Source: Promethearchaeia archaeon (lineage in GTDB: Archaea > Asgardarchaeota > Lokiarchaeia > Sigyniarchaeales > SOKP01). Taken from it: a stretch of 64,000 nt of DNA. The position numbers and the translations under genes are program-made. Location: NCBI GenBank assembly GCA_046483985.1, contig JAWOCD010000057.1, positions 32,001 to 96,000 on the forward strand, read 5' to 3'. Shown in pieces: positions 29,560-39,811 of this stretch (positions are counted from its first letter, which is position 1; each line of letters begins with the position of its first letter). Under the pieces are notes generated by a model, which saw only the letters and a list, made by a program, of their open reading frames with translations, was not told the DNA's origin and searched no databases.

Positions 29560-29765
29560 TATCTTAATTATAGTGAATGTGGAAGTAAGAAGATATGTAA
29601 GTAAGTTTAAAAAACTAAATGTTTCAATTCAAATAGGTAACATTAATATTTTAAAATTATTGCTGTAGGTTTTCTCTTTAGGATGTACCTATTTGAATAT
29701 ATAAAAAGGGTGTAGCTAGGGCAACATCGGGAGAGAGAGGTTTTCGAAAACCTCTCTCTCCTTTC
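29560..29765 (+). ncRNA. Candidate structured non-coding RNA
   Basis: 13-bp perfect inverted repeat (29627-29639/29686-29698) and terminal 32-bp palindrome downstream of a TATA box. Confidence 0.35.
29730..29761. repeat. Perfect 32-bp palindrome/hairpin
   Basis: GGAGAGAGAGGTTTTC-GAAAACCTCTCTCTCC. Confidence 0.9.
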
Positions 29766-29820
29766 CTCCAATGTATCAAAATTAAATATCCCATTTAAAA
29801 AAATTGGGATGATAAGTTCT

Positions 29821-30342
29821 TTATTCTACTTTACAATGATCTGGTCGTTCTATGCACACTCTCCTCATTTCTTTTAAGTCTTCGAGTCTCTTTTTCCGAA
29901 TTTCTTTTCTCTTTTTTGCCTCTCGAAATCTACGTTTTTCTTCGGGCTTGGTTGGTATAACTTCTGGAACTTCACTAGGGTCGTCATTTTTATCAAGTGC
30001 AACATAAGTAAGATACGCAGAAGCAATATGTGTATGCGTTCCACTTTCAAGGCTTTCAGCTTCCACTCTCACCCCTATTTCCATAGAGGTGGTCCCAGTA
30101 TAATTTAAAGATGCTTTTGCAAAAACCAGATTACCTATATAAGAGGGAGAGAGAAAATCAATTCTGTCTACTGAGGCGGTCACAACATTCATGTGAGCAT
30201 GGCGTCGGGCAACTATGCCAGCAGCATTATCTACTATTTTCATAATTGTTCCACCATGCACATTTCCCATTGCATTGGCATGTTCAGGTAACATTAATTC
30301 CGCAATTTCAACTTTAGTTTCAGAAACGGTTTTTGGTTCCAT
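29821..30342 (-). CDS. Acyl-CoA thioesterase (hotdog fold, YciA-like)
   Basis: HANAMGNVHGGTIMKIVD, VVTASVD, TSMEIGVRV. Confidence 0.93.
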   Translation of the reverse strand: MEPKTVSETKVEIAELMLPEHANAMGNVHGGTIMKIVDNAAGIVARRHAHMNVVTASVDRIDFLSPSYIGNLVFAKASLNYTGTTSMEIGVRVEAESLESGTHTHIASAYLTYVALDKNDDPSEVPEVIPTKPEEKRRFREAKKRKEIRKKRLEDLKEMRRVCIERPDHCKVE

Positions 30343-30815
30343 TTTAATATTTTTACCTCATATGAGCTTTTCTTTTGCACTTAATGATAAAGATTTCCTT
30401 TATGAATTATAATAATTGAAATATTAAAGATTGAATCAAAGAAGACGAATACATCACTACGGTTGTAATGGGTGGATTGATTATTCTGATTATTTTTGTT
30501 TTAATTCGTTAATGTCCTTTCCTCTCGGGTGTTTAAGCTTGAGAATAGGGTCAAAAAGGCTTCTAATCTCACGAAATTGTTTCAAACTCAAAGAAATAAG
30601 AAATCCTTGGGATCTTTTTATTAACTATCACAAAAATAGGTTTTTTTTAGAAAAAAGAAAAAATTTAAACGCTAAATATTAATAATCGAAAAATTTTTTT
30701 ATTCGATCCTCCATATTTTAATTGAATGTTGAGAATATTTTTATTAGATGTCTTTCAATCACTAATAAATTTTTTATTGAATCATAATTTGTTAATGTAG
30801 GAATAAGTAAATAAA

Positions 30816-32306
30816 ATGATCTATCAAGGGCTTTTTAATATTTTGAGTTTGTACAGCCGTGAAATTTTCTTGTTTTACAATAAGATCGATAAATATTTTC
30901 GCGATAAAATTTATGATAATTTTAAAAAAATTGCAATAGATCCAGAAAAAAATAACCTTGATAAAATAATCAAGGATATTCTTAATTTTCTCTCCGGAGA
31001 ATTGGAAGACCTAGGATTCAGAAAGCTTCTTATTGATAACAAATTTTCAGATGAGTCAATTAGAATTCATGGTAATGAGAAAGAAAAAATTACCTCAACC
31101 ATTATGCTTTATGAAGAAAAGATCTCGCCAATTATTTATGAATTATTTTTGGAAATCGTAGTTGATTATCTGGTTGATGATGATGTGGTTCCAATATTGA
31201 TGAAATTTAAGAAACGCGATATATTACCGATAGAATTCATGACAGAATTACGGAATTTAAAAAATTTATTTGAAGATGACCCTAAAAAACAAGATAATTT
31301 ACGAAAATATGTCAAAATAAGGGAAAAGATAATTCAAAAATTTAGAGAAAATAAAAAAGAAATTGAAGGATTGGAATATATTGATGAACCCCGTTATAAA
31401 CTTCAGTTGGTTTATTTAATCTATAGAATTATTGATTTTTTTCATTTACAAAAACTTTTTGATTTCACACACATTAAGAAATATCTCAGCCATAATATAG
31501 ATGAATGGCTTTATTCTATTCCATTGGTATCTTTGAAAAACCCTGAGCCTTATTTCTGTGGGATTTATCTTGCCGATAAATTAAATGTTGAATTGGATAC
31601 AAAAAGGATACAATATTTCCTATTGAATTTATATGATGAAACTGTCGATGAATTTGAAGCACCTATTACCGAAGCAACCGATAGGTTGTACTATTATGTA
31701 AAAAGTCTCTCAATCGTTAAATTATGGTTTAAAGAAGAAAAGTTAAGGAAACTCTTCTATGCAGATGAGGAATTTTTCGACCAACAGAATCTTAAATCCT
31801 TTGAAACCTCTCAATTAGTCGTCATCATAAAAATGTATAAGATCCTCGGGTTTGAAAAGAGACCGGAAATCAAAACGCTCATTAGAGAAATTGAAAGGCG
31901 TATATCTTCGGATGGAATCAAACAGTTTAGAGATGGTTTTATCTCTTCAGAAGCTACCTATTACACTCTTTTTTGCAATTATATGAGAAATTCTTTAGAG
32001 AGATTAAAGAATTTCGATTTGTTAAGTAATATAGTCTCACGCATCTACCGAAATCTTGAAATATTAGATTTTTCAAAGGATATGAATTATGATTTAATCA
32101 GTGAAATTTTTTACTCATGTGAGAGTCTAAAACTGATAAATTGTATAGAAACCGAGGAAATGATCAAACATCTTGCAAAATATTTATTTCCAGATGTCGT
32201 CATAAGAGAGGTATTACAAACCGAAAAGGATTTTACAGAGCAGAAAAAAAGTACTAAATTTCGTCATTTAAAGATTAATAAAATAACAGGCGAAACAATC
32301 TATTAA
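30816..32306 (+). CDS. Conserved hypothetical helical protein
   Basis: 496-aa ORF, no recognised catalytic motif. Confidence 0.7.
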   Translation: MIYQGLFNILSLYSREIFLFYNKIDKYFRDKIYDNFKKIAIDPEKNNLDKIIKDILNFLSGELEDLGFRKLLIDNKFSDESIRIHGNEKEKITSTIMLYEEKISPIIYELFLEIVVDYLVDDDVVPILMKFKKRDILPIEFMTELRNLKNLFEDDPKKQDNLRKYVKIREKIIQKFRENKKEIEGLEYIDEPRYKLQLVYLIYRIIDFFHLQKLFDFTHIKKYLSHNIDEWLYSIPLVSLKNPEPYFCGIYLADKLNVELDTKRIQYFLLNLYDETVDEFEAPITEATDRLYYYVKSLSIVKLWFKEEKLRKLFYADEEFFDQQNLKSFETSQLVVIIKMYKILGFEKRPEIKTLIREIERRISSDGIKQFRDGFISSEATYYTLFCNYMRNSLERLKNFDLLSNIVSRIYRNLEILDFSKDMNYDLISEIFYSCESLKLINCIETEEMIKHLAKYLFPDVVIREVLQTEKDFTEQKKSTKFRHLKINKITGETIY

Positions 32307-32309
32307 TAA

Positions 32310-32612
32310 AGTTCATGGTCTTTTAGTCCGTGAATTGCTCTGTATTGGATGGAACTTCTTTACCTTTATCAAAAAAGGATTGTCTCCTGTAATAATTAGC
32401 CAAGTTCCAAATAGCACTACTCCGAACTAAAAGTTCCTTAAGAATCGGTTATTGTTGGTTTGTAGGTTTCAATTCTAAGGTATCAATCCGAAGCAGTGTA
32501 TAATTATAAGGGAGATATTGACTAATTTAAAAATATGGTCTTAAGATATTTAGTGAATTGAACGGAAAATTCATCTCCATCCTAAAGGATGGAGTTCTCT
32601 TCTGCTTTTTTG
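32310..32612 (-). mobile_element. Truncated IS605/IS1341-type element (left end plus tnpB fragment)
   Basis: Subterminal hairpin CTCCATCCT-AA-AGGATGGAG at 32575-32594; TTAT adjacent on the minus strand (32613-32616). Confidence 0.7.
32323..32496 (-). pseudogene. tnpB: TnpB (IS200/IS605 family) N-terminal fragment
   Basis: LRIDTLELKPTNQQ*PILKELLVRSSAIWNLANYYRRQSFF, typical TnpB N-terminus with internal stop; truncated. Confidence 0.75.
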
Positions 32613-32714
32613 ATAAACTTCTTCTTCTTCTTTTTAAGGATCAAAATCTTAAGTTAATCCATATTTAGTATACTTAATTATGTTAAGTAAAAACTGATGA
32701 GTATCGAATAAATT

Positions 32715-34196
32715 ATGAAAAAATTAGAAGAAAGTTTTGAAATTACTTATAAAGATAAGCGCGCTGAGATTAAAGACTTAGAAGAGACGAAAGAAAGATT
32801 ACAAAAACTCATTGGAGAACAGAACGTTTCAACTAAGGAAGTAGATTTACTTGCTTATACCCAAGATACTACTCTTATAACCCTTAATTGGCTCATGGAA
32901 GGAAAATTGGCGGGGCTACCAGCAATAGTTACTTGGCCCGAGACTACAGAACATATTTCGGATATTCTCAAATATTGTAGTGAGAAGGAGATACCGATAG
33001 TACCCTATGCTGAAGGAAGTGGAGTTGTTGGGGGAGCAATCCCAGTAAGGGGTGGAATTATCTTGGATATGAAGAAATTCAATCAAATACTTGAGATTAA
33101 TGATAAAAATCTCTCCGTAACCGTTCAGACCGGTATAAATGGGATGAACCTTGAACGAGCACTAAGGGCAAAAGGATACACCTCAGGACATATACCCCAA
33201 TCCCTATATACCTCTTCCGTAGGCGGATATATTGCTCATAGGGCCGCTGGTCAGTTCAGTACAAAATATGGAAAGATTGAGGACATGGTAATGGGTATGG
33301 AAATTGTCTTACCAGAAGGAGATATCATCAATTTTAAAACAATGGTAGCCGCTTCTACCGGTCCTCAATTAGATAAAGTATTTATCGGTGGAGAAGGAAC
33401 GCTCGGAGTAGTAACCGAAGCAACCCTAAAAATCTGGCCTTACCCCGAGAAGCGTGCATTTGTATCTTATTCTTTTCCCACATTAGACGATTCTTTGGAG
33501 GCAACCCGTAACATCTTAAGAAAACACGTATACCCCGCCGTAATAAGGATATATGACGATAAAGAAACCAAGAGACATTTTGGAAGGGCAAAAAATGATG
33601 TTATGGTTGTTTTTGTCTGTGAAGGAGACTCTAAATTAGTGAATTTAGAAGAGGAAATAACCCGAGAGGTATGTGAGGAGAATAACGGATATGATGAAGG
33701 GGAAGAACCAGTAGAACATTGGTTTGAAACTCGATTTAATGTCAAAGAAACGTCGATGTTTCCTCCTTATAAAATGATTGCAGATACTATTGAGGTTGCT
33801 GTGATGTGGGACAAGGCATCGGAACTCTATGATAAGGTAATTGAATCTACGAGTAATGTGAAGGGAAATCTGTTGATTTCCGCTCATATTTCTCACTTTT
33901 ATCCAAATGGAGTAGGATATTATTTTACCTTTGGAGGGATCCCCCCAGATGATAAAAGTGGATTTGATTTTTATAAAGAATGCTGGGATGCCACAGTAGA
34001 AGCAGTTGAAGATGTTGGCGGATCGTTCGGACATCATCATGGCGTTGGAATAAACCGATCTCATTGGATGCACAAAGAATGGGGGAAAGGTTTTGAAACT
34101 CTAAAAAAATTTAAAAAATTATTAGATCCAAAAAATATACTTAATCCAGGTAAAATATATGAACCCACGTGGGAAGAACAACGAGGTGATAAATAA
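32715..34196 (+). CDS. FAD-binding oxidoreductase, alkyl-dihydroxyacetonephosphate synthase-like (VAO/PCMH family)
   Basis: GHIPQSLYTSSVGG, STKYGKIEDMV, GGEGTLGVVTE, HISHFY, HHHGVG, DPKNILNPGK. Confidence 0.85.
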   Translation: MKKLEESFEITYKDKRAEIKDLEETKERLQKLIGEQNVSTKEVDLLAYTQDTTLITLNWLMEGKLAGLPAIVTWPETTEHISDILKYCSEKEIPIVPYAEGSGVVGGAIPVRGGIILDMKKFNQILEINDKNLSVTVQTGINGMNLERALRAKGYTSGHIPQSLYTSSVGGYIAHRAAGQFSTKYGKIEDMVMGMEIVLPEGDIINFKTMVAASTGPQLDKVFIGGEGTLGVVTEATLKIWPYPEKRAFVSYSFPTLDDSLEATRNILRKHVYPAVIRIYDDKETKRHFGRAKNDVMVVFVCEGDSKLVNLEEEITREVCEENNGYDEGEEPVEHWFETRFNVKETSMFPPYKMIADTIEVAVMWDKASELYDKVIESTSNVKGNLLISAHISHFYPNGVGYYFTFGGIPPDDKSGFDFYKECWDATVEAVEDVGGSFGHHHGVGINRSHWMHKEWGKGFETLKKFKKLLDPKNILNPGKIYEPTWEEQRGDK

Positions 34197-35474
34197 ATGG
34201 GAATATTCAAGAAAATCAAAAAATATAAATGGATGGTACCCGTAATTGCGAAGGCTGATCGCGATATAAGAAGGAAATTGTTTAAAAACTTCAGAAAGAA
34301 AAAGGAAAATTTTTACCCAGAAGAAGATGTTCACGCTGACGTGAAAAATTTGATTAATTGTATGTTATGTCCTAATATGTGCCGATTTGACTGCGGGTCC
34401 TTACAAGCAGCATGTTCTGAAACAATGAGTCCGGCTTATAAAAGCCGAATAGGATATTATTTGACAACTGGACAAATTGATCCCAGTAATCCGGAAAACC
34501 AGGAATTTGTTGATCTGATGTATATGTGTTCCAACGAAGAAAACTGCAAAATTTGGTGTCCGTTTGACTTTTCGGTGGTTTCCCTATTGGAAACTGTACG
34601 AGAGGACCTTAATGAACAGGAATTAATGCCAGATTACATAAAGCCCATTATCGAAAGTCTAAAAGAATATGATACCCCAGAAAAGGAAAATATATATATG
34701 ACCTATAAGGAAAAGGGGATTGAAAACATCGAAACAGACGGTAATGATGACGTATTCTATTATATTGGGTGTGAAATGATGAAGTATCCCAATGTGGTAA
34801 ATGCAAACATTAAGATTTTAAAAAAGGCAGGGATTAAATTTTCTACAAATTTAGAAAGAAAAATATGCTGTGGGAGTCCCGCATTTAACATTAGAGATAT
34901 GAATACCGCAGTTGATTTTGCAGAAAGAAATAAAGAATTGATTAAAGATACTGGAGCAGATATTGTAGTGTCTGATTGTCCTGGTTGTATAGAAACTCTC
35001 ACCAAAAAATATGATGAACAAGGAGTAAAAATCCGGAGAACCGATATTTATCACATTGTCAAGTACGTAAGCAATCTCTTAGATGAGGGAAAAATCAAAT
35101 TTGAAAAAGAAATCCCTGAAGAATACAGTAAGATCGTCTATCATGACCCGTGTCTGTTGGCCCGGAATCAAAACGACACAGATTCTGTAAGAAATATTAT
35201 TGAGCACATTCCAGGACTCGAACTGGTCGAACCCATCTATAATAAGAAAGATACGCATTGTTGTGGATGGTCTGGTACTCTTCATTGGGCGGATAGAGAG
35301 ATCTCTACCAAGGAAGCAGAAAATCGAGTAGATGAACTAAAAGATACAAGAGCAAAGAAAATTGTCACCGCATGTCCTCAATGTGAGATCGGACTGAATT
35401 ATGGAGTACGAGAAGAAGATAAAGATTCCTTACAAATTATGGATATCTCTGAATTGATAGCAAAAGTAATATAA
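34197..35474 (+). CDS. Fe-S oxidoreductase with CCG domains (GlpC/HdrD-like)
   Basis: CMLCPNMCRFDC, CCGSP, YHDPCLL, CCGW, TACPQC. Confidence 0.9.
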   Translation: MGIFKKIKKYKWMVPVIAKADRDIRRKLFKNFRKKKENFYPEEDVHADVKNLINCMLCPNMCRFDCGSLQAACSETMSPAYKSRIGYYLTTGQIDPSNPENQEFVDLMYMCSNEENCKIWCPFDFSVVSLLETVREDLNEQELMPDYIKPIIESLKEYDTPEKENIYMTYKEKGIENIETDGNDDVFYYIGCEMMKYPNVVNANIKILKKAGIKFSTNLERKICCGSPAFNIRDMNTAVDFAERNKELIKDTGADIVVSDCPGCIETLTKKYDEQGVKIRRTDIYHIVKYVSNLLDEGKIKFEKEIPEEYSKIVYHDPCLLARNQNDTDSVRNIIEHIPGLELVEPIYNKKDTHCCGWSGTLHWADREISTKEAENRVDELKDTRAKKIVTACPQCEIGLNYGVREEDKDSLQIMDISELIAKVI

Positions 35475-35498
35475 TAACTAAAAAAGAAGTGATATTAA

Positions 35499-37052
35499 AT
35501 GGCAACAAAATCGTATATTCTCACCTTAGATATAGGGACAACGAACATAAAGGCCTTTCTCTTCGATAAGAAGGGGGAAATATTCGATTCCGCGAAAAGG
35601 CGTCCGGAATATATCTTAGATGAGCCTGGCAAAGTTGAGCAAGATCCGCAAGAGATTTGGAGATTTAGTAAAGAAACGATACAAGAGGTTATTGCTTCAA
35701 ATAATTTGACCTCCAAAGATATTGAAAGCATAGCGATCTCGACTCAAAGGGCCAGTTTTTGTATGTGGGATAAAGATTCGGGAGAATTACTCACCAATAT
35801 CATCACTTGGCAAGATAAACGAGCAGCTGCCTTTGCTGAGAAGATGACAAACAGTCTCTTATTTAAGTTTGTTCGCGGATTGACCAAATTCATTTCCTTT
35901 TTGTCCAGTAATCCCAAATGGATAACGGCTTCCATGCTGGAATTTAATTCTGATCACGCTTCGGCACGAACAGGATATATCCTAAAGAATAACCCAGAGC
36001 TGAAGGAAAAGGTAAGAGACCCATCCAATAATATTGCATGGGGCACTATTGACACATGGATACTCTGGAATCTAACAGAAGGGAGGATCCATGCAACGGA
36101 TTATTCGAATGCCTCTTCCACGGGACTACTGGATCCCTTTTCTCTGGGTTGGAATGATTTAGCGCTTAAGGCTTTTGAAATTCCCACTCATATCTTACCA
36201 GAGGTCAGGGAGACGAGAGGAAATTTTGGAGAAACCAGTCTCATAGACGGTGACCCCATTCCAATTAGATCGGTTATCGCCGATCAACAAGCAAGTCTCT
36301 TCGGCCAAGGATGTTTTAATTTCGGCGATATGAAAGTGACCAATGGAACTGGTTCCTTTGTCGATATAAATACCGGAAATAAACCATTTGCGTCGAGGAG
36401 AAAATTATACCCCTTAGTTGCCTGGGTTGTTAATGGAAAAGCTTATTATATGTTAGAAGGATTAAGCCATAATACCGGCAATATCATCGATTGGATTCAA
36501 AATGAGTTGGAATTATATGACGATCCCGCTGAAACAGAGAAAATGGCTTTATCTGTGGACTCAACAAATGGAGTATACTTTTTACCCACATTTACCAGTG
36601 GAATTAGTTTTCCCTATTGGGACCCAAGCGCTAGAGGAAATATATTTGGTATTTCGTTAGACACCAAGAAGGAGCACATAGTTAGAGCAGTTTTAGAAGG
36701 TATTGGTTTCCGGATTAAAGATTTTGTGGAAGGAATTAAAGAAGATACAGGAATTAGAGTAAATGAAATAAAAACAGACGGAGGAGTCTCACAGAATAGG
36801 TTCCTTTTACAATTTATGAGTGATATTTTGGGTACTACAGTAAAACATTCCAGTCAACCAGAAACAACAGCTCTCGGTGCAGCGTTTATGGCGGGACTTG
36901 AATCAGGCTTTTGGGCATCGAAAGAAGAGATACTTAACATAAATACCTTTGAAGAGGTATATTACCCTAAAATGAGCGAGGAAAAGCGAAATGAGAAATA
37001 TTCTTCCTGGAAAGATATTATCGCGCGTTCTCTGGACTATAATAATGTATAA
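35499..37052 (+). CDS. FGGY glycerol kinase-like protein (GK5-type)
   Basis: LDIGTT, WQDKR, DQQASLFG, DGGVSQN, ETTALGAA. Confidence 0.9.
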   Translation: MATKSYILTLDIGTTNIKAFLFDKKGEIFDSAKRRPEYILDEPGKVEQDPQEIWRFSKETIQEVIASNNLTSKDIESIAISTQRASFCMWDKDSGELLTNIITWQDKRAAAFAEKMTNSLLFKFVRGLTKFISFLSSNPKWITASMLEFNSDHASARTGYILKNNPELKEKVRDPSNNIAWGTIDTWILWNLTEGRIHATDYSNASSTGLLDPFSLGWNDLALKAFEIPTHILPEVRETRGNFGETSLIDGDPIPIRSVIADQQASLFGQGCFNFGDMKVTNGTGSFVDINTGNKPFASRRKLYPLVAWVVNGKAYYMLEGLSHNTGNIIDWIQNELELYDDPAETEKMALSVDSTNGVYFLPTFTSGISFPYWDPSARGNIFGISLDTKKEHIVRAVLEGIGFRIKDFVEGIKEDTGIRVNEIKTDGGVSQNRFLLQFMSDILGTTVKHSSQPETTALGAAFMAGLESGFWASKEEILNINTFEEVYYPKMSEEKRNEKYSSWKDIIARSLDYNNV

Positions 37053-37215
37053 ATAACTTATTTTTTTATAATCTTTCTCTTTTTTTAAATTTCTAATTTC
37101 ATTTATGAAACTTTAATAACTTGAGATCTCTTTTAAATACGTTTTTGAAAAAATATATGAGAGATTAATAATTTTCTAAATCAACATAATTAACAATTTG
37201 ATAAATGGTTAAACA

Positions 37216-38052
37216 ATGCCTTTTTTCGAAAATGTAGAGGGTTACAGACTATATTTTGAGGATATCAACCCAGAAAACGCGAAAGAAGGCACTATCGTCC
37301 TTATTCATGGGTTTGCATCATCCGCTTCATTCTTTAAGGAACAAATCGAAGTATTGAAGAAGTATTATCGGATAATCGCATTTGATGCCTTGGGACATGG
37401 AAGAAGCGAACATCCGCCTGAAAGTCTCGACAACTTGAAAAAGAACCTAAGAGATGATATTATTAGAGATTTAGAAGATCTCTTAAAACATTTAAATGTA
37501 AAAGGAAAAATAGGACTAATTGGACATTCCATGGTTGGCGGAATGACCGCTCAATTTATCTGCATGAAACATCCCGAGAAAGTAAAGTTCTTAATTTTAT
37601 TGAATTCGGGGTATATCATCATTGACAATACCATCCGGAACATTTTCTATAATCTTTTGCCTTATTTTATCAGAATGAATTTTCTTGAAGTCGTGGCTAA
37701 TTCCATAGAAAATGTAATAGATAACACTATTCCTTATATAAAAACGGCATTAGCAGAATCATATGATGAATTTCACCCTTCAAATGATAAACTTACAATG
37801 TTAATTGAAGAGCAGATCTTCAGTATGATCAAGGAGATCAAAGAATATGACCCGAAGATTATAAAATGCCCCACCTTGATAATAGGGGGAAGACTAGATA
37901 ATTTTGCTCCAGAACAGATGTCTGAAAGACTTCATGAAATGATCCCCCATTCCAAACTTCAGATAATCGATATGGCTGGACACTTTGCACCCGCCCAGAG
38001 AAAATCACGCGTTAATGAGTTAATATGTGATTTTATTAGGGATATAGAATAA
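37216..38052 (+). CDS. Alpha/beta hydrolase
   Basis: LIHGF, DALGHGRS, GHSMVGG nucleophile elbow, AGH. Confidence 0.9.
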   Translation: MPFFENVEGYRLYFEDINPENAKEGTIVLIHGFASSASFFKEQIEVLKKYYRIIAFDALGHGRSEHPPESLDNLKKNLRDDIIRDLEDLLKHLNVKGKIGLIGHSMVGGMTAQFICMKHPEKVKFLILLNSGYIIIDNTIRNIFYNLLPYFIRMNFLEVVANSIENVIDNTIPYIKTALAESYDEFHPSNDKLTMLIEEQIFSMIKEIKEYDPKIIKCPTLIIGGRLDNFAPEQMSERLHEMIPHSKLQIIDMAGHFAPAQRKSRVNELICDFIRDIE

Positions 38053-38089
38053 CTTTTTTTAGAAAATTAAATTTCTTGCTAAACTTAAA

Positions 38090-38473
38090 ATGTCAGAGAA
38101 AAAGAGAATAAAATTTAAATTCGATAAAGATACCAGTATGTCATTTTTCAAAAAGAGAGTAAGGAAATTTGTGGATGAGCGAGGATGGAACGAATATCAT
38201 AACCCTAAAAATTTAATTCAAGCGATGCAAATTGAAGCAGCAGAACTATCAGAATTATTTCTATTCAATGAGAAAAATTATGAGGAAATTATAAACGATA
38301 AACACTTGATGGAAGATATTAGCGATGAAGTTGCCGATGTTTTCATATATTTAATCAGTTTCGTTAATTCTCTTGATATCGATTTAACCCGTGCTTTTCT
38401 GCAAAAGATGAAAAAAAACAAAGAAAAATACGATTTAGAAGAATTTAATGAAGGAAAATACTATAAAAAATAA
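38090..38473 (+). CDS. MazG-like nucleotide pyrophosphohydrolase (DCTPP1-like)
   Basis: ERGWNEYHNPKNL, EAAEL, DEVADV. Confidence 0.88.
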   Translation: MSEKKRIKFKFDKDTSMSFFKKRVRKFVDERGWNEYHNPKNLIQAMQIEAAELSELFLFNEKNYEEIINDKHLMEDISDEVADVFIYLISFVNSLDIDLTRAFLQKMKKNKEKYDLEEFNEGKYYKK

Positions 38474-38567
38474 ATATTTATTCATAAATCCGCGATTTGA
38501 AAATATTGTTAGAAAATTAATAAATTCAAATGAAATTAATTAATAAAAATGGCTCATTAATATCATT

Positions 38568-39545
38568 ATGGTTGTAAATAACGCCGAAGATTTGATTAAA
38601 CAGCAATTTGAGAATACCTTAAAAGAAACGAATTTTGAGGGACTGGGAAAGCTATATCGAGGTAAGGTAAGGGATAATTATATTAAAGAAGATAACCGAA
38701 TCATTATTGCTAGCGATCGCCTTTCCTCATTTGACCGTGTCATCACCACAATTCCCTTTAAAGGGCAGATGCTAAACCAGATTTCTGCATTCTGGTTTGA
38801 CAAAACAAGTCATATAGTCAAAAATCATTTAATTGATGTACCCGATCCAAATGTATCAGTGGTTCATCAGTGTGAAACCATCCCAGTGGAAATGGTCGTA
38901 AGAGCATATATTACGGGTTCAATGTGGCGAGCATATAAAAAAGGAAAACCAACTTCAGGGATAATGCCTCCCGAAGGAATGCAAAAAAATCAAAAACTTG
39001 ATGAGATCATTGTTACCCCATCAACTAAAGCAGAGTCTGGTCACGATATTTATCTCCCTAAAGAGGAAATTATTGAGCGAGAGATGGTCGATGAAGAAAT
39101 CTATGAAAAGATGGAAGAGGCTACAGTGAGCTTGTTTAAGTTCGGTCAAGATTTCTGCAAGAAAAATGGACTTATCTTAGTTGATACGAAATATGAATTT
39201 GGGCTGCTTGACGGCGAATTAATTGTAATTGATGAGATTCACACACAAGATTCTTCAAGGTTCTGGCTTGCCGAATCTTATGAAGAACGATTTAATGCAG
39301 GAGAAGAACCAGAAATTCTTGATAAAGAAATATTTCGCGGCTGGTTAATGGACACCTATCCCGACATCTTTCCACATATTAAAAAGGATCAAGAGATTCC
39401 GCCCATTTCAGATAATATTAAAATAGAATTAGCAAAGCGATACATGAGAAGTTATGAACGCTTGACTGGAAAGGAATTCGAGCCAGTAGTGGGAGCTGTT
39501 ACGGAGCGAATTCAGAAAAATCTGAAAGAAAAAAATTATTTATAA
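38568..39545 (+). CDS. purC: SAICAR synthetase
   Basis: YRGKVRD, SDRLSSFD, TPSTKA, DTKYEFG, DEIHTQDSSRFW. Confidence 0.96.
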   Translation: MVVNNAEDLIKQQFENTLKETNFEGLGKLYRGKVRDNYIKEDNRIIIASDRLSSFDRVITTIPFKGQMLNQISAFWFDKTSHIVKNHLIDVPDPNVSVVHQCETIPVEMVVRAYITGSMWRAYKKGKPTSGIMPPEGMQKNQKLDEIIVTPSTKAESGHDIYLPKEEIIEREMVDEEIYEKMEEATVSLFKFGQDFCKKNGLILVDTKYEFGLLDGELIVIDEIHTQDSSRFWLAESYEERFNAGEEPEILDKEIFRGWLMDTYPDIFPHIKKDQEIPPISDNIKIELAKRYMRSYERLTGKEFEPVVGAVTERIQKNLKEKNYL

Positions 39546-39589
39546 AAATAGAAAAAACTTAAATACTTCCTTACTCAATTTTTTTTTAT

Positions 39590-39811
39590 ATGTCGCTCGT
39601 AATTATTCTTTTGTTTATTAATTTCTCCTCTCTAACGCTGGGATTTCTTTTTATTTTAATGGAAACTATAAATCCCAATGAGAGAGAAGAAAGCACACAA
39701 GATCAGGAAAGCGAGGAAGAAAAGCCAAACTTTCCTCCATATTGTCAATATAGTTTAGGATTTAGCTTCTTGGCAATGATTATCTTATCAATTATGAGTC
39801 TGTTCGCTTGA
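39590..39811 (+). CDS. Small two-TM membrane protein
   Basis: Two hydrophobic segments flanking an acidic loop. Confidence 0.5.
   Translation: MSLVIILLFINFSSLTLGFLFILMETINPNEREESTQDQESEEEKPNFPPYCQYSLGFSFLAMIILSIMSLFA

Noticed and set aside
29076-29820. glmS ribozyme or riboswitch upstream of glmS
   Set aside because: No ribozyme core consensus seen, and the structured part is 550-700 nt from the start codon
30431-30682. 83-aa plus-strand ORF
   Set aside because: Atypical composition and no motifs; probably spurious or the shadow of decayed sequence
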